Below the pieces are notes generated by a model, which was given only the letters and a program-made list of their open reading frames with translations, ran no database searches and was not told where the DNA came from. From Acaryochloris marina S15 (lineage in GTDB: Bacteria > Cyanobacteriota > Cyanobacteriia > Thermosynechococcales > Thermosynechococcaceae), in NCBI RefSeq assembly GCF_018336915.1, contig NZ_CP064923.1, positions 1,440,001 to 1,472,000 of the forward strand: a stretch of 32,000 nt of DNA. The letters are read 5' to 3'. Position numbers and translations under genes: made by a program. This document shows, one piece after another, positions 20,783 to 28,923 of the stretch (position 1 is its first letter; each line of letters begins with the position of its first letter).

Positions 20783-22432
20783 TCATGAAACAAGAGATGA
20801 AATGATAGCAATGACGCGATCTAAATCTGCATCTGTCATGCAAGATCCAGACGGCAAACATAAACCATTCTTGAACAGGTCTTCAGACACTGCACCGCCA
20901 ATATGGTCACACTTAGCAAACAAAGGCTGTAAGTGCAAAGGTTTCCAGACAGGTCGAGACTCAATTTGATGGTCACGTAGTGCTTCTTGGACTTTATCTC
21001 GGCTCACTCCGAATTTGCTAGAGTCTATCATCAGGCAGGATAACCAATGTGTTGCCTGACCAAAAGTAGGCTCTGGCATTAAAGTTAGCCCAGGCAATAC
21101 CCCTAAATCTCGTAGATATCGATGATATATTCGACGTCGGGCTGCGACTTTTTTGGGTAAGAGCCTCAGTTGGCCCCGACCTATACCAGCCAACACATTA
21201 CTAAGACGATAGTTATATCCCAAGTGAGAATGTTGGTAATGGGGAGCCATGTCTCTTGCTTGCGTGGACAAGAATCGAGCTTTAGCAATCAATGTGGCAT
21301 CTTCTGAAACCAACATTCCTCCACCAGAAGTAGTGATAATTTTATTGCCATTAAAGGAGAACACACCAAGTCGGCCAAATGTACCTGTGGCTTTACCCTG
21401 ATAAGTTGCCCCCAGAGATTCAGCAGCATCCTCAATCAGTGGAATATCGTATTCATTGCAGATTTCTAAAATAGGGTCGATATCTGCACTTTGGCCGTAC
21501 AAATGAACTAAGACCACAGCCTTTGGCAATTTACCTTGGCGAGCCCGCTGCCTTAAGGCCTGCGAGAGTAAATTAGGATCCATATTCCAGGAGGTGCGAT
21601 CGCTGTCTATGAAAACAGGCACTGCCCCTTGATAAAGAATGGGATTCGCACTCGCTACAAAGGTGAGGGTCGAACAAAATACTTCATCGCCAGGTTCAAC
21701 GCCTACCAGTTGCAAAGCTAGATGTATACCAGCAGTTCCTGAACTCAGTGCTGCTGCATGGGAAATACCCACTGCTTCACTGAATTCCTGTTCAAAGGCA
21801 TCTAGATGCGGACCTGCAGGTGCAATCCAATTAGTTTCAAAAGCATTAACAACAAAACCCAACTCATCCGTACCCAAGTGCGGCGGAGACAAAAGAATGG
21901 GGGGGGCCGTTTTTTTGATATTAAGATCTGATCGTTCAGCAATATTAGTTTTGCTGACGTCAGGAGTCCTATTTTCTAGAGTTTCAGGTTGAAGGTGTAG
22001 CAAGAAAAAGTTAACGGTATCTTGCTGAATCCAACCTTTTCGCACAGAAATTTCCCCAAATTTGAGATCTGACTGCTCCTGAACTTGGAGAATTTCCGAA
22101 ATCTGGTTTTCATCTAGTAGATCGGCTGCGTGCAGATATTGTCCAATAGGCTGGTAAGCAGATTGCGTTAGGAGTTGCGGGAATTGATCCACAAAAAAAT
22201 GGATTGTGGATGTTTTTAAGGTTCCTTGCGAAGCTAAAATTTCACCAATTTTGAGATTGTCACATTCAGCTTGCGTTTGCAAAGCTTGTTCAAGCTGCTG
22301 GGCAGAAACTAAGCCTGCTTTTTTGAGCACAGATCCTAACGGTTTGAGTGGAGTTTTAGTGATAGAGCGATCCAAAGGAGTAGGTAACATCGATTTAGCA
22401 ATCTCATGAAAGAAATGAACATGGACGCACAC
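20783..22432 (-). CDS. DegT/DnrJ/EryC1/StrS-family PLP sugar aminotransferase with N-terminal tandem MshEN/T2SSE_N-like extension
   Basis: The 549-aa ORF has a complete DegT-type domain from residue 183 onward (GDEVFCSTLTFVASANPI, PLIEDAAESLGA, and the PLP-Lys context FSFNGNKIITTSGGG). Residues 31-84 and 95-147 are an internal duplication with an LGxxLxxxGLxxxxQLxxALxxQ-type motif. The start could instead be Met15 (22390). Confidence 0.85.
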   Translation of the reverse strand: MCVHVHFFHEIAKSMLPTPLDRSITKTPLKPLGSVLKKAGLVSAQQLEQALQTQAECDNLKIGEILASQGTLKTSTIHFFVDQFPQLLTQSAYQPIGQYLHAADLLDENQISEILQVQEQSDLKFGEISVRKGWIQQDTVNFFLLHLQPETLENRTPDVSKTNIAERSDLNIKKTAPPILLSPPHLGTDELGFVVNAFETNWIAPAGPHLDAFEQEFSEAVGISHAAALSSGTAGIHLALQLVGVEPGDEVFCSTLTFVASANPILYQGAVPVFIDSDRTSWNMDPNLLSQALRQRARQGKLPKAVVLVHLYGQSADIDPILEICNEYDIPLIEDAAESLGATYQGKATGTFGRLGVFSFNGNKIITTSGGGMLVSEDATLIAKARFLSTQARDMAPHYQHSHLGYNYRLSNVLAGIGRGQLRLLPKKVAARRRIYHRYLRDLGVLPGLTLMPEPTFGQATHWLSCLMIDSSKFGVSRDKVQEALRDHQIESRPVWKPLHLQPLFAKCDHIGGAVSEDLFKNGLCLPSGSCMTDADLDRVIAIISSLVS

Positions 22433-24165
22433 GAAAAACTAATTTAGAACTGGAATTTCCATTAGGTTTGGCCAAAAGATTTCGCCACTAAGGCACTAAA
22501 TCTTCGTGGAATCCTTTCAGTGCTTTATTTTGGCTAGGTGATCTAACCTACATAGCCACTATTCTAAATTTTAGATATTTGGAGAAGCTGATATTGGCTG
22601 ACACAAGAGGCTCTCACTCAGAAAAGACCGCACTCAAAGGCCTTGTGACACCTAACTTCGCTTGAATAACCAATGCTCATATCACTACCGTAGTTGTGAT
22701 GTGAGCAAGGGGGATGATTAGAGTATTTGAACTAGTTGCGTCATCAAAACCATCACCCCCCCCAGAATTGTTGATGTAAAGAATAAGTCGGAAGACTTTT
22801 ATTGCGACTTTTATGGAAATATGAAGTATCCTAAATCAAATTTACCATAATCTTTGTGTTCCTTGACACAAGAAGTTGAGCTTTCATTACCAAGATTTAT
22901 TAGTGAGCATATAACTATCTGTTTTAGAGCAAAAAATGGATGTGGCTATTTTTTGCTCAGAAAAGTGGTTTTATTCCAGGATCAAAATTTAATCTATACA
23001 TAAATACTTATACATATTTTTTTAAGATCAAGTAAAATAAGCAATAGGCCAAATAAAGACTTGATGATAGCGCTAAAAGAACTAAGCAAGGTCGTTAAGA
23101 TAGGCGAACTATGAATATGAGTATCTGTTTATAGGATTATCATCTTAGCTTTGTTTTCTTGGGTTAAAAGATGTTTAGGCTGTAATTATTTGGAAATTTA
23201 AATAGGCAATATAATATTCTTTGTTTTTTGATGCTCTCTTTGAATTATCTAAATAAAAATATTGCAAAAATAAACTTTATGAAGATTGTGTATTAAATGG
23301 ACATAACTATTACTAATCTAGAGTTATTTAATCATCAGGTAAAAATATTATGTTTATTTGCATAATACTTATCTACCTATCTTGTGCTGATACCTTTCTG
23401 AGCAGTATAGCCCCACTAATTTATTAAATATTTTGACCCATATCAAAAAGCTCACATCCCAATTATCTAAAGAGTTTTATGCGACCTAATACTCCTGTTT
23501 AGTGTGGGGATATAGCAGATGTTGGTGTGACTTAGTCAATACCTTAGGGGGATCAAAAGCAGTCAATTACACACGTTAGGAAAGTAGGTTGTAAGAACAA
23601 CAATTACTATAGACTTGGTTGAGGAGGATTATACGAAATTGGAAGGCTACTCAATGCACTTTTTAGATAGAAGATGTGTGAGTTTATATGGCCATGATTT
23701 TTGCTATGTTTTCTGTAATTAGATAACTATTTTAGTGAGAATGAGTACTCTCAAGAGTTAATTTCGGTTGATATAGAATGAGCGACTCACTACAGTTTTG
23801 TAACTGACAATACAATTGAACTTCTGTTTAGCAAGATTGTTGTTCAGGAGTCATGGTTCCCCTTAGGGCAAATTATCTTGATCGAGTCCCGGAACAATCT
23901 GCTTCACTTTTGATACTAGGATGATAGAGGCAACAGAATTATATTGATAAACCCTAGTGATCAAGTTCGCTATAAATATTATTTATGTTGCTATCTATGT
24001 TTTGTTGGGTTCTTCTTAGACTAACTAAAGATTGGCCGTTAGCTTAAACATGTACTGGCATATATAGAAATTCTATTTTTCAAGCTAGATGAAACTTAAA
24101 CTAGAACTTAGGAAGCAAAAACATTATTACTGTCTTTTTCTCCTAAAAGTTCTGCACAATAGGAG

Positions 24166-26808
24166 TTGGCACCAGTGCTAGCCTCTCAAAACAGTAAATC
24201 AAGAAAGTTCAGATTAATCCTGCAACGCCATTGGCTACCGTCCTCAGTAGCTTTCACTTTAGTTCTGACCCTCGGAACGCTTGCAATTAAGTTCCTTTAT
24301 CAGCCTCTTTATGTAGCCGAGGGCCAATTGCGATTTACAAAAGTGAATCCCATTTCTAAACTCACTACGTTAGGCTCTGAAATTGGCAATTTAGATCCGC
24401 TTGATCTAGAGGGTAGGCCACTTGAGACTGAATCTGCGGTGATTCAGTCCACCCCTCTTTTGCAAACCACCTTAGATAAACTAAGCTCCCAGAAAAATAT
24501 TGATTACCCCCTAGACCTCAAAGATTTTCGGCAGAATTTTATCATTTCGGATGTTAAGGGCACTGATATCCTCCGAATTACATATAAATCCATTCGTTCT
24601 GACCATGCTGCTTCTGCGGTAAATCTATTGATGCAGGTTTACCTTGAGAACCATCTTCAAGACAATCGCAATTCCATAGAAACGGCTAGCAAATTTATCT
24701 CAGAACGAATACCTCAATCAGAAAATACTGTTCAGAAGGCTGAAAGAGCGCTCCGGCAATTTAAGCAAAAAAATCAGATCGTAGACCTCAGTAACCGTGA
24801 GCAAGATGCTGAGACAAAAATTGCTGAATTACAGGGAAAAATCAGCGATGCTCAAGCTCAAATTGCACAGATCCAAACCGAAGCTAATGTGCTGAGCAAT
24901 CAATTGGGTATGACGCCACAACAAGCCATGGCCGCTGTCAGCCTGAGTCAATCTGCCGAGATTCGCGATGTGCTCACACAATTGCAACAAAAAGAGTCTC
25001 AGCTTGCTCTGCAAACCAACCAGCTCACCGCCACTCACCCCACGGTTCTTGGTTTAGCGCGGGATGTAAACAAGCTAAAGACTCTATTTCAACAACGTGC
25101 CCAGAAAATACTGGGGACAAAATTAGCCACTCCTGAGCCCTTGATTGGTTCCCTACAAGAAGATTTGACCGCAGACCTCGTAAAATTGGAGGCCCAGAGA
25201 CAAGGCTTAGTTAGTCAAGTTATTGCCCAATCAAGAACTTTAGAATCCTACAAAAAACAACTCAACATTTTCCCTGGCTTAGCAGAGAAGCAGCGAGAAT
25301 TAGAGCGAAAATTGGAGGCGGCACAGTCTACCTATGCCTTACTGTTACAAAAACAGCAGGAGATTTTAGCTGAAGCGAATCAAAAAGTAGGAAACGCCAG
25401 AATTTTAGTACCTGCTCAAATTCCCAAAGTACCGGTTACACCCAGTCAATCGGACTATTTGGCAACCGGACTATTAGGGGTGTTAGCCTTCTTTGCCACT
25501 GCCTACATCCTAGAAACTCTGGATAAGTCAATTAGAACCGTAGAAGAAGCCGTTCATCAGTTTGAGTATCCATTACTGGGGGTTATTCCCGTGTTCGGGA
25601 CTTCTAACCATTCCCTGTTTTACGATGGGGGCTTGCAGCAGTTAGCCCCTAAACTGTTCCTCAGAGATTCTCCGGATTCACCGGTCAGTAATGCCTTTCG
25701 GATGCTACAAGTTAGCCTGAAATCGCTAAAAATAGATCACCATTGCCAAACTTTAGTGGTAACGAGTACCTCACCCCAGGAAGGTAAATCCACAGTAGTT
25801 GCGAATTTGGCTATGGCCCTTGCCCAAGCAGGTAGTCACGTGCTGGTCGTGGATGGAAATCTTCGCAACCCGTTTCAAGATCGGATGTGGGATGTCTCGA
25901 ATGAATTTGGTTTAAGCAATATTTTGTTTGGGCAGGCTGATTTGAAAACAGCGACTCAATCGGTTACCTCCCAGGTGGATGTGATGACAGCAGGTAATCT
26001 TCATGCCAATGCCATGGGGACCTTGGAATCAAAACAAATGACTTTGATGCTGAATGCAGCTAAATCTACCTATAACTATGTTCTGATTGATGCACCTTCA
26101 TTAAATTCGGCGGCAGATGTATCCATTTTGGGAGGGCGAGCAGATGGAATTGTGATTGTAGTGAAACCGGGTATTGCCAACCTTCCCAATATAGCTGCAG
26201 CAAAGGAGCTATTAATGCGTTCAGGACAACGGGTAACCGGTCTGATCATTAATGGTGCTTTATCGCAAAATCAGGCATATGGGAACGTCCAGGTCCAACC
26301 CATGAACGGTCAGGTTACCTCCCAACCCTTGCCCAGCCCATCGCCTGGTGTTTCCTTCAATCAAAATCCTTTTCCCGATTATACGCCTGAAGCTTCGTCA
26401 CACGTTTTAATCCAGGCTAATGGTCAATCACCCGATGAAATCCCTTTGCGAGATTTGCAAGATCAAGTTGAGCATTTGCGTACAGTGTGGATTCGATCAG
26501 TTCAGTTTGTCGAGGAACAAGAAGAAGAGCTCGTCCAGCTGCACCATACTGTATCTGACTTGCAAGAGCAGATTCGCGATGCAGGAGGTTACTCCCAAAG
26601 TAACTCTGCAGCGACGGATTTGATACGGTTAGAGCTGCGGCTGGCTCATGACAAAGAACGGTTGCGGTTGTTTGAAAAGACTTTGGTTGGACAGCGGCAG
26701 CGTTTACAGTCTCAGGAGACGGTTTTTCAACATCATCTGGGACTTCTTCAGCGACGCATTAAGCGGATTGTGGGCCATCTTGATCAGAATCAACATTGGC
26801 ATGCTTGA
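24166..26808 (+). CDS. Wzc/GumC-like polysaccharide co-polymerase with BY-kinase-like P-loop domain and C-terminal coiled-coil extension
   Basis: The 880-aa ORF has TM1 (VAFTLVLTLGTLAIKFLY), a long coiled-coil periplasmic region and TM2 (YLATGLLGVLAFFATAYIL). It has Walker A SPQEGKST, a Walker A'-like VLVVDGNLRNP and Walker B YNYVLIDAPS. The annotated TTG start abuts the AGGAG sequence. The in-frame GTG at 24175 has better spacing, 9 nt from AGGAG. Confidence 0.85.
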   Translation: MAPVLASQNSKSRKFRLILQRHWLPSSVAFTLVLTLGTLAIKFLYQPLYVAEGQLRFTKVNPISKLTTLGSEIGNLDPLDLEGRPLETESAVIQSTPLLQTTLDKLSSQKNIDYPLDLKDFRQNFIISDVKGTDILRITYKSIRSDHAASAVNLLMQVYLENHLQDNRNSIETASKFISERIPQSENTVQKAERALRQFKQKNQIVDLSNREQDAETKIAELQGKISDAQAQIAQIQTEANVLSNQLGMTPQQAMAAVSLSQSAEIRDVLTQLQQKESQLALQTNQLTATHPTVLGLARDVNKLKTLFQQRAQKILGTKLATPEPLIGSLQEDLTADLVKLEAQRQGLVSQVIAQSRTLESYKKQLNIFPGLAEKQRELERKLEAAQSTYALLLQKQQEILAEANQKVGNARILVPAQIPKVPVTPSQSDYLATGLLGVLAFFATAYILETLDKSIRTVEEAVHQFEYPLLGVIPVFGTSNHSLFYDGGLQQLAPKLFLRDSPDSPVSNAFRMLQVSLKSLKIDHHCQTLVVTSTSPQEGKSTVVANLAMALAQAGSHVLVVDGNLRNPFQDRMWDVSNEFGLSNILFGQADLKTATQSVTSQVDVMTAGNLHANAMGTLESKQMTLMLNAAKSTYNYVLIDAPSLNSAADVSILGGRADGIVIVVKPGIANLPNIAAAKELLMRSGQRVTGLIINGALSQNQAYGNVQVQPMNGQVTSQPLPSPSPGVSFNQNPFPDYTPEASSHVLIQANGQSPDEIPLRDLQDQVEHLRTVWIRSVQFVEEQEEELVQLHHTVSDLQEQIRDAGGYSQSNSAATDLIRLELRLAHDKERLRLFEKTLVGQRQRLQSQETVFQHHLGLLQRRIKRIVGHLDQNQHWHA

Positions 26809-26864
26809 CAGGTATGCGGTGACCTTTCCCAGTAACGGTAATTTCCTAATAGAGGCGAAACTAT

Positions 26865-27176
26865 CTAGGCTGGAGTGCTGAGGCTGCCTAAAACTGACGA
26901 TAATAAACCTGGAAACAGCTCATCGAGTTCTTCTTGCCGCAGGGAATTAATATGTTGAGTCCCTTCTTTGCGCGCATAAATCACGCCAGACTCCCGCAAA
27001 ATTTTGAAGTGATGGGAGAGGGTGGACTTAGCAATTTCACAATCGAAGGCATTGCAAGTCAGTTCCCCTGAAGTGGCAAGTTGATTGACGATATTTAATC
27101 GAACTGGGTCTCCTAGGGCGTACAACACAGCCGCCAAGGAGATTTGCTGCGGTTCTGGATGGAACAAAATTTTCAT
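26865..27176 (-). CDS. ArsR/SmtB-family winged-helix transcriptional regulator
   Basis: The 103-aa ORF has ALGDPVRLNIVNQL...STLSHHFKILRESGVI, the typical ArsR HTH region. It is transcribed divergently from trxA. Confidence 0.8.
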   Translation of the reverse strand: MKILFHPEPQQISLAAVLYALGDPVRLNIVNQLATSGELTCNAFDCEIAKSTLSHHFKILRESGVIYARKEGTQHINSLRQEELDELFPGLLSSVLGSLSTPA

Positions 27177-27208
27177 AGTTGCATTATGCCACGGGATGAT
27201 CTATATTT

Positions 27209-27241
27209 TAATTGTTCGAGATTCTCGAATAAAAGAACAAT
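27209..27241. promoter_or_regulatory. Nested inverted repeats in the arsR-trxA divergent promoter region (candidate operator)
   Basis: AATTGTTC (27209-27216) and GAACAATT (27234-27241) form 8-bp arms. The inner perfect palindrome TTCGAGA-T-TCTCGAA (27214-27228) overlaps the left arm. All of this lies in the 80-nt intergenic region. The TGTTC/GAACA half-sites resemble ArsR/SmtB-type operators. Confidence 0.4.
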
Positions 27242-27256
27242 AAAGGGAGTCACATT

Positions 27257-27580
27257 ATGTCTTCTACTACCACTATCAATGACACCACCTTTACTACAGA
27301 GGTGCTTGAGAGCCAGCAACCTGTTCTCGTCGATTTTTGGGCCCCTTGGTGTGGACCTTGCCGCATGGTCGGTCCAATCGTTGAAGACATTGCTTCGGAC
27401 TATCAAGATCAGGTCAAAGTCGTTAAATTCAATGTTGATGAAAGCAGCGAGATTGCCAGTCAATATGGGATTCGCAGCATTCCAACTTTAATCGTATTTA
27501 AGGAAGGCCAGCCTGTTGAAACCTTGGTTGGTGCTTCTCCTAAAGCAGTTTTAGTCGAAGCTTTAGACAAACATCTTTAG
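27257..27580 (+). CDS. trxA: Thioredoxin
   Basis: The 107-aa ORF has the active site [10 protein letters not shown] and a GIRSIPTL block. A GGGAG sequence lies 7 nt upstream of the ATG. Confidence 0.95.
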   Translation: MSSTTTINDTTFTTEVLESQQPVLVDFWAPWCGPCRMVGPIVEDIASDYQDQVKVVKFNVDESSEIASQYGIRSIPTLIVFKEGQPVETLVGASPKAVLVEALDKHL

Positions 27581-27682
27581 GGCTGCTGCTTTTTGAAGAT
27601 AAGGCGTAGCGCGCGCTGCCTGCCTATTTCCCAGGCCAGTTCAGTTTTTTACCACTACCGCAAATAGACAGGGAGATTTCGC

Positions 27683-28783
27683 GTGTCTAACTCACCCTTG
27701 TTCGAACCCATTCACCTGGGTGCCATTGCCCTGGGCAATCGAATTGTGATGGCACCCTTAACCCGAGGTCGATCCGGTATTGAACGGATTCCCAACGATC
27801 TGATGACGGAATACTACCAACAGCGAGCCAGCGCTGGCTTGATCATTGCAGAAGCGACTCAAATCTCGGCGCAAGCTGCTGGTTGGGGCGAAACGCCAGG
27901 GATTTATGCTGATGCCCAAATCCAGGCCTGGCAGAGAATTACAAGTGCGGTCCATCAGCAGGGGGGCAAAATTGTCCTGCAAATCTGGCATACGGGACGA
28001 GCTTCTCATCCTGATTTTCAGTTGAATGGGGCACTGCCAATTTCTGCCTCAGCCGTTAAGCCAGCCGGTGAAATCCATACTATTAAGGGCAAAAAACCTT
28101 TTGTTACCCCAAAAGCTGCAAGCCTGGAAGAGATTGCTGGCATTATCCAAGATTTTGCTCAAGCCACTCGCAATGCTCGACAAGCGGGTTTTGATGGGGT
28201 TGAAATTCATGCTGCCAATGGTTACTTGATTGATCAGTTTCTTAGAGATGGTACCAATCAGCGACAAGATGCTTATGGTGGCCCGATTGAGAATCGGGTT
28301 CGGTTTTTGCTGGAAGTGACGGAAGCGGTGGTCGATGCCTGGAGTGCGGATCATGTCGGTGTCCGATTGTCTCCAACCAATGCGTTTAATGACATGACCG
28401 ATAGCAATCCGATCGCAACTTTCACCCATGCCGCTCAAGCGCTCAATACTTACAATCTAGCCTATCTCCATATTCTCGAAGCCCTACCAGGACATATGCT
28501 GGCGGTGGAAGGCGAGCGGGTGAGTCCTTATATGCGACAGGTTTTTCAAGGTCCGTTGATGATCAATGGTGGCTATGATGCAGCGAGTGGTGCTGCTGCG
28601 ATCGCAAACCAAGAAGCCGATCTAGTCGCCTATGGTGTGCCGTTTATTGCCAATCCTGACTTACCGGAAAGCTTTGCAAGACAAGCGCCCCTCAATGAAC
28701 CGGATATATCCACGTTCTATTCCCGTGGGGCAAAAGGCTATACAGACTATCCATTTTTAGACCCGGTCGTGACAGCCGCATAG
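27683..28783 (+). CDS. Old Yellow Enzyme family NAD(P)H:flavin oxidoreductase (NemA / alkene reductase-like)
   Basis: The 366-aa ORF has a GTG start. OYE blocks are present: RIVMAPLTR, IWHTGRASH, GFDGVEIHAANGYLIDQFL and VGVRLSP. Confidence 0.9.
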   Translation: MSNSPLFEPIHLGAIALGNRIVMAPLTRGRSGIERIPNDLMTEYYQQRASAGLIIAEATQISAQAAGWGETPGIYADAQIQAWQRITSAVHQQGGKIVLQIWHTGRASHPDFQLNGALPISASAVKPAGEIHTIKGKKPFVTPKAASLEEIAGIIQDFAQATRNARQAGFDGVEIHAANGYLIDQFLRDGTNQRQDAYGGPIENRVRFLLEVTEAVVDAWSADHVGVRLSPTNAFNDMTDSNPIATFTHAAQALNTYNLAYLHILEALPGHMLAVEGERVSPYMRQVFQGPLMINGGYDAASGAAAIANQEADLVAYGVPFIANPDLPESFARQAPLNEPDISTFYSRGAKGYTDYPFLDPVVTAA

Positions 28784-28817
28784 CATCGAGCTTTTTATCC
28801 CGATACTTTCCTAGATC

Positions 28818-28856
28818 GTCTCGTGGTTACCCGTCGGGTCACTACGAGACTTTTTT
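28818..28856 (+). terminator. Rho-independent terminator after the OYE gene
   Basis: GTCTCGT...ACGAGAC forms an outer stem and ACCC-GTC-GGGT an inner stem (28818-28850). A T6 run follows immediately (28851-28856). Confidence 0.6.
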
Positions 28857-28923
28857 GAGTGGGTGATTATGCACCTAAAAAATACACCGTTAATTTATAG
28901 GTGCATAGTCTCGATCGGGTTGA

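Noticed and set aside
21639-22409. + strand ORFs of 117 aa and 67 aa
   Set aside because: They are antisense to the DegT-family aminotransferase, which has clear PLP-enzyme motifs.
22433-24165. Possibility of a CRISPR array, MITE/IS remnant, small protein genes or a c-di-GMP riboswitch in the long spacer
   Set aside because: No regularly spaced direct repeats and no terminal inverted repeats with target duplications were visible. The small ATG ORFs (25 aa or less) lack ribosome-binding sites or recognisable features. I could not find the conserved GEMM-type core strings (e.g. ACGCAAAGC). Only a covariance-model search could settle the riboswitch question.
12717-26808. Calling the polysaccharide locus a mobile genomic island
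   Set aside because: The composition of 13.9-20.7 kb is atypical. However, I see no integrase, transposase, tRNA attachment site or flanking direct repeats, so a mobile_element feature is not supported. It is reported only as a compositional observation.
26420-26881. Two + strand ORFs (67 aa and 77 aa) near the wzc-like 3' end
   Set aside because: The first is an alternative frame inside the 880-aa ORF. The second runs from that ORF across the intergenic gap into the antisense of the ArsR gene. Neither has supporting features.
27144-27491. 115-aa + ORF and 96-aa - ORF spanning the arsR-trxA region
   Set aside because: They overlap the ArsR and thioredoxin genes in other frames or strands. 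The thioredoxin (WCGPC) and ArsR (HTH) frames are clearly the real ones.
28049-28438. 129-aa ORF on the - strand
   Set aside because: It is antisense to the OYE-family reductase gene.
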